Origin: Eledone cirrhosa
Taxonomy: Eukaryota
Length of the DNA stretch: 64,000 nt
Assembly (NCBI GenBank): GCA_964016885.1
Contig: OZ024750.1
Coordinates: forward strand, 1,302,001 to 1,366,000
Direction: 5' to 3'
Position 1 is the first letter of the stretch; the number at the start of each line of letters is the position of its first letter. A program made the position numbers and the translations under genes. Positions 54,977 through 64,000 of this stretch are shown here, one piece after another. The notes under the pieces are model-generated. The model made no database searches. It was given only the letters and a program-made list of their open reading frames with translations, and was not told where the DNA came from.

Positions 54977-55977
54977 CGTATATATGTATGTATATATATA
55001 TATATATATATATGTATCAGCACACATATATATACGGACATGCTCAAGGCACAGAAACACCTGTGCGATATGCCTCTGTGTGAGAGAGATTTTAGTTTTT
55101 ATGGACAATTTCAAAGGAGTTTCGAATCATTATCTTAGAAATCAATAAAACATGTTTCCGGAAATAGTATACTTAATACCATGTGTTAACATTTCAAACT
55201 TACGTATTCCTACATGAACAATAGTAAGAGCTATTACAAAACAACTTTAATTTTACTTCAGTAGCTACAACAGTAACTACAACAACAGTAACCACAACAA
55301 CAATCGACGTCAAATTGAAAGTTGTTTCTTCTCCAACGTTCTTGTTTTGCTTCTGGCAAATACCGTGGAGGATAAAATATATAAGTACTCGATATTTATA
55401 CACACATACACACACACACATATATATATATATATTTAGAGTATATATCTAGAGATGTGCGGGCCAAATTATGGTCTGTCGGCGGCAGAAGAAGTAACAC
55501 CACGCATTTGGCCGGCCCCCTGTATCATGAAAAAAAATTATATGTATATATATAACTATGATGAATAAGACCAAAACACCAAAACGGTTAATTATATTAC
55601 ATTTTAATAAATTAACACACGTTTCTTCCAAATCTTAAGCAGACACATAATTAATTATTACTAAATTAATTATATGAACAGAAGATTGGAATCATCAGAA
55701 TATAAATAAGAGAATATAAATAACTTTTTACCTCTTAAAATCATATCGATTTCAGATTTAGCTTAACAGCTAACTTATTAAAATTTAATATAATAAAGCG
55801 TTTGGTCTTATAATATCATTGTAATCTTTGAGTTTACTCAAAGACCTTCAAATAAGGATTTCATGCAACTCAAACAGAATTGGGTTTAGCTTCCTGAGTA
55901 GTTTATTTTGAGCTGTAACAATTTCTTCCCCCTACCATTATCTTTATACTTGTTTGAAAACGATCATTTCTAAACTA

Positions 55978-56043
55978 TACGAGGGTCGACCGAAAAGTTC
56001 ATAAGCTGCAAAGTTCATACACTGACCAAGATACTCTCATGGA
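55978..56043. mobile_element. MITE M1, left-end fragment
   Basis: TACGAGGGTCGACCGAAAAGTTCATAAGCTG...GACCAAGATACTCTCATGGA. Confidence 0.8.
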
Positions 56044-56095
56044 GTACATGCAGGTTCGGAAACTGGTTTTATACATGGACATACAAAGACATCCG

Positions 56096-56125
<30 letters not shown>

Positions 56126-56129
<4 letters not shown>

Positions 56130-56372
56130 GGTGTTGGATGCGTAAAGCGTCCGTAAGCTGTAGGCCGTTTGAGCACTCGATGCTCTTACAGAGCAGAGTA
56201 TGATATCACATAAGAAACGGAGAATCAGTGTTGCGACGAATAAAATTTATTATACATATTACAATCGTTTCTCTGGCGACCAGCTCGAGGCACGATCGAT
56301 GTAATGATGGAACCTGACTCTGAAATCGCAAGGTCCTCAGATACGTCTCGATTCTACGAAGCAGAGTTTCCC

Positions 56373-56375
<3 letters not shown>
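56126..56375 (-). mobile_element. Single-arm hammerhead-bearing element between two (TA)n tracts
   Basis: Homologous by eye to 53094-53435; flanked by TA arrays 56097-56126 and 56376-56407. Confidence 0.78.
56254..56346 (-). ncRNA. Type I hammerhead ribozyme motif with long stem II region
   Basis: Minus strand ACGUAU-CUGAGGA-(~62 nt)-GAAA-CGAUUG-UA|AUAUGU; 6-bp stem I; stem II closing pairs not clearly resolved by eye. Confidence 0.6.
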
Positions 56376-56409
<34 letters not shown>

Positions 56410-57443
56410 CTCACTGGCAAAAGAATTTGATTAATCCTAACGAATATCGTACATCTTATCTCTTATCTTTCCCTGGCAGTTTAAATGTTCCAAACATTAT
56501 AAATACTACTCATTTAATTGCCATTTTTCTTTCAGCTAACCTCTGAGAATTGAAAACACGTTAAACGGATTCTCTTCTCAACCCGAATAAATATCTGATG
56601 CTGCACTTAGTGATTATATCACTAACGCTTCGGTTGTTACGTCTAGAATAAAGTTTCTCTGAAGATCCCAAACAAGGACACGTCCGGAGTTAATTCTCGC
56701 AATTGTCCACCCCCACAAAACAAAACAAAAAAGAAATCAATACTAACAAATATTGTTCATATATTTTCTCTTGAGGAGTTTTAATGTTCGTAAAAAGACT
56801 CTCACTTATAACTAAAGAAATAGGTCGGTTGATATCTCTGAAATATTCGTTTCAGTTAGAGCTCTGTAGAAATGAGAGGAGTTGAAAAAGCAACAGTCTA
56901 GAATGTAAAACACTTGTTTTGTTTTGAGAGGGAAATTAATACAATTAATTCAAAAATATTATTAATTTTCTTAAGAGTTATTGAAAACTGTTCTGTTGAT
57001 ATTTGAAGATTCTATTTCTATCATATTAATTAAAAGCTTAATGGTTTAGTTGGTGATTGTTACAGACGAATTAATATTTTAATGTAATTGATATTATACA
57101 TTATAAGCACTTACACAAAACAGAGACGAGAAACAGGTTAAGGGAAGGGACTAAAAGTATGTATATATCCATTGCCTGCTGGCATATTAATGATTAAACA
57201 CGTAGGAAACCTGTGACGTAATCAGTAATACTGTCACTCATACAAGCTAAATACAGGGAGTTCAAATGTCGTTAATGAGCTAGGGTGTTGTTAACATCAC
57301 TTATAAAATGTAATAACAACAAAAGGAATTGTCGAATATATAAGAACATGGCATCTAACCCAATTAAAATCCTCACATATATAGAAATATATATATATTT
57401 CTATATAAGTTAATTTTACATAAATATTAATAACTTTCTTCCG

Positions 57444-57740
57444 AAGTGTTATTAAATTTAAATCGTGTGTTCCATTTCCGACGGCGCCTTGTATCCTTGA
57501 GCAAGACACTTTATTTTAAGTTGCTCCAGTCCACTCAGCTGGCAAAAAAAAAAAAAAAAAAAATTACTTGTACCTGTAATTCGAATGGTCCTCCGTGTCC
57601 CATTCTGTGTCACACTATCTCCCCGAGAACTACGATATGGGTGAGGGTGTCTGCGGAATGCGCAGACACTTCCACGTTTATTTGATAAGTAGGCTGGTTC
57701 GTTGATCGTATCAACTGGAAGACTCGACGTCGTAACTGGT
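57444..57740 (+). mobile_element. SINE family B
   Basis: GTATCCTTGAGCAAGACACTTTATTTTAAGTTGCTCCAGTCCACTCAGCTGGC...ATCAACTGGAAGACTCGACGTCGTAAC. Confidence 0.8.
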
Positions 57741-57756
57741 GATTTGTCTGTTTGAT

Positions 57757-57819
<63 letters not shown>

Positions 57820-59187
57820 TAGTTTTATGTATATATATGTAAGTTTGTAGTCATGTATGTATATTAAGCGTTTGTGTCAGTTGGTGCGTGTATACTGTAT
57901 TTATATATTGGATTTATTTTATTGAATCTATATCATATGTAGTATTGTATCATTGAACGGTATATAAGTACATTAATCATATCATACAGACGAAAATATC
58001 GACACGTGAACAAGGCTATTTAGCATAGCTTCCAGCTAAAATTCATTCGCATAAGGCTTCATTAGTAAAATCCCAAATAAAGTGACAACGAACGAAGTTG
58101 GGATCTCACCGCATCTCAGAACACATCATAACTAAGTTATCTACAACGGCATATGCTTAAACGAATCGGCTTAGTACAATAGAAATTTATTTGGAGGCCT
58201 TTGCGATAGATAGGTGTATTTTTGGTATATATGATGGAGATATTCGTCAGGTTTATCATACACGTAATGAGAAATTAAGTTTATATAAATGCCATGTAAT
58301 AATAGACTTGACTGGCTGAACGGACAAGACACATCAGTTGCCTGTCAAAATATTTGTTGAAGAACGTGACAAGAAATGCCAGGCTGTTTGCGCCTGCCTA
58401 AAACATATATTGTAAAATTACTGATAACACTTGAACATTGTAGAAGATGCCAAAACCTGGTTACTATAGTTATACAATTGAATGGAACATGTGAATTTCT
58501 CTCTAGTAATTTGTCTACTGCTACTAAGGTACAAATAAAAAGAAATACAAGGAAAATAAACTGTCGGAAATCAACAAATGTTAGATATTATATACCCAGA
58601 GGAAATTGAACTTAACTGATAGAATAGACGATTTTCTCGAGGCGTTGATAAGTATCTAAAGACTACAAACCCAGACAACGACGAAGGTGTTACAGAAAAT
58701 GGATATAATTATAACTAAACTCCATACAACGTGAATGAATGTATTAGAAGTTAACGTTACTGCTTCAGTAAACAGTCATAATATGTCCAATTAAATGCGG
58801 AAAGTCAGTAACTTCGATCTTACTGCCGACGTTGCCAAGCACAAGTTATTTTACAAACAATAGTCTGTCGATAAATTACACTCAACTATGTCAGAGCAAC
58901 AATGTTTCATTGCCGTCAGACTCATTGGAAGGGAATTATTTCTCTCGGACATACCTACTTCGAAATATTTCTAGAATATTCTAAGCTAACTTGTTCGTAA
59001 CATTTACCTTAACAACACATTCAGGACACATTGTTCACTGTGATTTCATTATGACCCTTTCTGCCCCTATTATACTAGCCTACTACCAGACACAATACAC
59101 CTACATCTACCACATTTACTGTATTTATCTACACCGTTTCACCGTTCATGCTATATTAACTGATAATTCTTCTCAAAGTCGGTTATA

Positions 59188-59385
59188 TACGAGTGTAGGC
59201 TGACAACTTCATAGACTGACTATGAAAGAATGATGCTAGAGCTGTGAAATCTTGCATGCATTAATTTCAACTCTTCTTATTGTAATTGTAATGTTTCTTT
59301 CCAGGGTCTATGTTAAACAAACCTCATTTGGTCATTCCATGAGAGTATCTTGGTCAGCTTTTGAACATTTCAGCCGACCCTCGTA
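59188..59385. mobile_element. MITE M1, full length, opposite orientation to 41755
   Basis: TA-CGAGTGTAGGCTGACAACTTCATAG...TGAACATTTCAGCCGACCCTCG-TA. Confidence 0.88.
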
Positions 59386-59598
59386 TATGCACTACAGAAC
59401 ATTTAAGATGGAAATGACGTGATTTCTTGGAGAGGAAAGGAAAAGGAACATCATTTTGTCTTTTTTGTTTATATATTTCTCTCATACTATATTCATATTT
59501 ATTTTATCTAGGTGAACTCGAAAACAATTTGTTAAAATAAAGATGTATTAATTTTATGAGTATTTTGTGTCTATTTTTGTTTAGTCCCAGGATCACTG

Positions 59599-59744
59599 TA
59601 CCAGGCTGGGCTGAAAAGTTCATAGGCTGACTATGAAGGAGTGAAGATAGAGCTGTGAAATCTTGCATGCATTTATTTCAACTCTTCTTTTCAAAAATTG
59701 ATTATTCCAAGAGATTATCTTGGTCAGCATATAAATCTTTCAGC
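59599..59744. mobile_element. MITE M1, internally deleted
   Basis: GCTGAAAAGTTCATAGGCTGACTATGAAGGA...TATCTTGGTCAGC. Confidence 0.8.
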
Positions 59745-60875
59745 ATATGGACTTCTCGAAGTGATAAACCTCGAAGATGTGATAAAATTATGGGAATGTG
59801 GCTGTTAACATTTTTTATTTTAAAAGTTAATAAGTGGTTTGGTATTAAAGAATCGAAGTAGCTCAATAAAATTCTCTTTATGATAACACTGATTTAGAAA
59901 CAGCGAATACTTATGGGAAAACCGTGTTCATAATAATCCTATCGTTATATGACGAACAAACAACACGTTTGATGAAGCAATTTAAGGATGTAACATGCCT
60001 ATTATAAAAACATACTCTTAGTTGAGTTGCATGCCAAGATAATAAAATTACTTTTGCCTCAGTATCATTAGAAAGACGATAAAATAAGAATACATTGCCG
60101 CATGCAAGTACCTCATCAATTTTACTTGATACAAGGATTATGTAACGGAACAATGCAAAACGTGCGCATAATATTGGTTATACAATAAATAAATGTAGAG
60201 ATAAGTAAATAAAAAGCCTAGTCACTAGAAGAAGCTGTAATGAAGTCTGGGAATGCAGCACGGAATTGGTAACTTAGATAAAGTGCGTGATAAAAGGAAA
60301 GGTTTAGATCGATCGAGATTTCTGTAATACTGTGTTATTATAAAATAAATTTAGCTAAATGTTTAGTTTTGAGTGTTATGATGAACAATTAAGAACGTGT
60401 GGTCATTACACGTAACACTGCACACACACACATGCATATATTATTAGCACAAAAAGTTTAAGCAACATGTGTGTGTGTGTATCGATGCATATATGTGCGT
60501 GGGGGGGGGGGGGGGGTGTATCTATGCATATATGTGTGGTGCGTGTATGAACATATATAATATATATATATATAAAATATGATAAATAAGGTGCATTCAG
60601 GTACAATTTGCTATAGATATTCTGAGGTAACTTCCTGAGAACTGAACATACTTCCGTTTGACACTAATTTGTTACATTTACAACTACTAATGCCAACATA
60701 TGTCATCAACATTAAAACATCTCATTTCCTCTTTTCATAAACATGTAGAAGTTAATAATTAACTAAATGTCTTTTATACCTTCACTGAACTTGCAGAATT
60801 TCTTCAATTAATCTCTAATGTCTCTCGTCCCACATAAACAAAACGAAATAAGATGCAGTTATATAACATTATATA

Positions 60876-61069
60876 GGGCAGTGGATTGGCAGGTTCGGTA
60901 GAGCGTCTGACGCCATGCTTTGCAGCAAAGAGTTACAGCCCTTTATGGTCTAAGTTCAAATCCCGCCGTGTTTAACTTTACCTTTCATCCTTACGAGGTC
61001 GATAAAATAAAGTACCAGTAATGCACTGGGTAATTGCTGGCCTTGTGCCAAAAAGTAGAAACAATTATT
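60876..61069 (+). mobile_element. SINE family A, short-tail, full length
   Basis: Matches family consensus end to end. Confidence 0.92.
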
Positions 61070-61077
61070 AGTATTAT

Positions 61078-61287
61078 TTGGCAATATTGGTTAGAGCATC
61101 GAACATGCTTTTCGGCATTAAGTTACCGGCATTTAGGTTCTGAGTTCAAATCCCATCGATGTTAGCTTTGACTTTCATGCTTGGGGGGGGGGGGGTCGAT
61201 AAAATAAAGCACCAGTAATGCACTGGGGTCGATTTAATTGACGTTTCCTTCCCACCCAAATTTCTGGCCTTGTGCTTAGAGTAGAAA
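61078..61287 (+). mobile_element. SINE family A, long-tail, diverged, in tandem with the preceding copy
   Basis: TTGGCAATATTGGTTAGAG...GAGTTCAAATCCC...GGGGTCGATTTAATTGAC...CTGGCCTTGTGC. Confidence 0.88.
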
Positions 61288-61364
61288 TCCTTTTATGACA
61301 TTATAAAAATGAATATTAGTCGAGAAGAAAAAAAACAAACACACTTAAGTCTCTCTCTACACAC

Positions 61365-61401
<37 letters not shown>

Positions 61402-62828
61402 CATCAACTCAATAAGTTTACTTCATGTGACAGTTGTCTCATTGAACATATTAAGAGAGGACATGAATTTTTAAACAAAATATAAAAAAACCCATAGTTT
61501 TATTTTCTAATTCCTACATAAGTACGTATTTAATGCTACACACACAGGATGACATATATTTAGAAAGGATATGGATGATGTAGATGTAAGTTCAATGATT
61601 GACAGGCTGGATGGGTATGTTGAAGCAATATCTCTGTAGATATATAACAACATATCTACTTAGGCAGTTGTCATCACAATTGCAATCTCCTTAAAGTACT
61701 GCTTCAGAACTTAGTAACCATATCAAATGAAGGATCAAGCAGAGCAGAGAATGAACGTTATTCATTTATCTTCTGATTTCACATAATGCCAAGCTCAAAT
61801 AATATCTTGTCAGAGAGAGAGAGAGAGAGACGATACTTGCGTTCATAAAGAAGCGTATGACAATTCGCCAAGTCCTACTTTCTTTTACACAACATATACA
61901 ATATCATCTTTGTTCACTAAAGATCATTCCATTGATATACAGTATATCTAGACTGTCAGGGTATTGCACAACATGGGTCATGAAATCATGTTACATTAGG
62001 AAAACTGTGAAAATGCCTGTATTTTGTTTTGAGAAACCGAACGAAAGCCATTACAACAAATGATGCCAACTATTCAATGCATAAATTCTTAAGGTTGTTC
62101 CACTATGAAGTTTCTGGACTCTACAACCATTCATAACAAACAACACTGATAGTTCCTCGGAAATAAAATCAGCTAGTTTAATCAGTTAAACCGACATCAG
62201 AAATTCTCACCACTTTCTTTGAGTATTTAAGATGAACACAAATATTTTGATGTAATATACAAATTCTATTCTTGCGCCATCAGCCGGCAAATAATTTGGG
62301 AATCGAAAAATCAATCTCGAAACCACTAACTGTGAAGTTGTGAGCATTGTTGTTAGTAGTGATGCGTGCTTTTAGACACACATTACAAAGCTAACAATAG
62401 CAAAAATAGCGAGAGATAGATAAGGATATGTATAGAGAGATAGATAGAGAGAAGGAAAAGGAGAAGAATGACATAATCAGCATATTAGGTTTCTGTTTTC
62501 CACTCTGGTCCTTCCTGCAGTGTTAAGCTTATCAGTTTACCAAAGACACTGCAACAGATTTAGATCAAAGTAATTATTCTGTCAAAGGATCTAAAGTGAA
62601 TTATTACAAATGAAGTGGTGGGGGAAATACCCTACAAAGAAAGCACTACAGTGACGGGTTAAGTTCTGAACGTTTTGTTTGTGTTCTATATTACGAATAG
62701 TACTGAAAACCAATACATAGTGACGGGTGTGACATAAACATAGGCCAGGGTAAAGAGGAAGAAAAACTGCTATGTCAGCTTAGTATTCAATGGGAAGTGA
62801 GATACATATATTTTCGGTGGAATATATT

Positions 62829-62989
62829 AATTGTTTCTACTTTTGGCACAAGGCCAGCAATTATTCCAGTACATTACCGGTACTTTATTTTATTAACCCC
62901 GTAAGGATGAAAGGCAAAGTTAACCTCGACGGGATTCGAACGCAGATCGTAAAGGAACGTAACTATGCTAGAAAGCATGGCGCCCGGTA
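62829..62989 (-). mobile_element. SINE family A, 5'-truncated, with 13-bp TSD
   Basis: GGAATATATTAAT at 62819-62831 and 62990-63002. Confidence 0.9.
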
Positions 62990-63226
62990 GGAATATATTA
63001 ATGAAGAACAATTTGTTGACTAAAATACCAGATATAATGCAAGATATGAAGAGCGTGTTGCATATATCAAGAAGCTCAAATATTTTCCTCATCAAAATAC
63101 CAGATGTTTTACATGGTCATGAGCCATATGCCTGCAACCACTGAAATATATATATATACTTATATATACATATACATAAACATACATATATATATATATA
63201 CATAAACATATATATATATATACATA

Positions 63227-63293
<67 letters not shown>

Positions 63294-63624
63294 GTGTATG
63301 GTGATATATATATAAAAATTAAATTATATATATATCAGTGTATATGTGTGTTTATGCGCAATGGGAGAGTGTATACACACATGCATACACACACGTATAT
63401 ATATATACGTGTGGGTTTAAATAATTAGCTTACATGGTAGAGGCTCTGTAAAGTTTGTGAAGTACAAACCTCAGTACTAGTACAGGAAACATTGTGTATA
63501 TTTTCAGGGAGACAGCTCCTACACGATTATAACAGTCACATGGTAATTTATTAGACACTTTCTTTGTATAAACATATGTATCAAAGGCCATAGACACATG
63601 CATATATACATACATGCGAACATA

Positions 63625-63694
<70 letters not shown>

Positions 63695-63840
63695 ATTATA
63701 AAGAGTTGGGAACCGAAGGCTGAGCTGGTGCCGTTTATATTATTGTTGCTCTCTATAATATAACCTTACTCTACTACTCCAAGTATCGAGTACTCTGTTG
63801 AGTAATGGTCTAACCAGTTTCAAACTGAAGACGTCCGTAT
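63695..63840. mobile_element. TA-flanked element related to 50003-50160
   Basis: CCGAAGGCTGAGCTGGTGCCGTT vs CCGACGGCAGAGCTCAAGCCGTT; ACTCTACTAC...GAGTACTCTG shared. Confidence 0.6.
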
Positions 63841-63850
63841 ATATATATAT

Positions 63851-64000
63851 AAGTTTATCCCGGGTTCAATCGGGGGTAACTACAGTAAGTAAGGTACTCA
63901 ATACAAAGCAGAGTATAAATATTTAATATAGAAAAGGCTTCTACAGGACTAGAACTGTTTCATTCGGGAGAAATCGTCAGGAGCCCTGATGATTTCTCCC
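63851..64000. mobile_element. Fold-back hammerhead-bearing element running off the window end
   Basis: Homologous to 253-360; GGGAGAAATCGTCAGG-AGC-CCTGATGATTTCTCCC begins an inverted repeat. Confidence 0.78.
63935..63986 (-). ncRNA. Minimal type I hammerhead ribozyme motif
   Basis: Minus strand GGGCUC-CUGACGA-UUUCUCCCGAAU-GAAA-CAG UUCUAGUC CUG-UA|GAAGCCU. Confidence 0.75.

Noticed and set aside
57960-58960. Possible old LINE fragment (A-rich plus strand)
   Set aside because: No recognisable RT or endonuclease motif

Overview
AT-rich eukaryotic non-coding DNA, dense in (TA)n, (CA)n and trinucleotide microsatellites. The SINE repertoire looks like that of an octopus or other coleoid cephalopod (inference). 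No convincing intact protein-coding gene is present, and almost all ORF-track entries are microsatellite artefacts. The window holds about 15 copies of one tRNA-derived SINE (long- and short-tail subfamilies, four with target-site duplications) and two further SINE families. It also holds Tc1/mariner-type and hAT-type MITEs, decayed R4/Dong-like and RTE-like LINEs, and several minisatellites. The most interesting signal is a set of at least five sequence families of short, mostly fold-back elements lying in or beside (TA)n tracts. They carry minimal type I hammerhead ribozyme motifs (CUGANGA...GAAA...UH with base-paired stem I), in some cases two in opposite orientation. They look like non-autonomous Penelope-like derivatives. 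A 170-codon stop-free frame at 7.8-8.3 kb resembles a Penelope N-terminus. All structures and family names were assigned by eye; nothing was searched or folded computationally.
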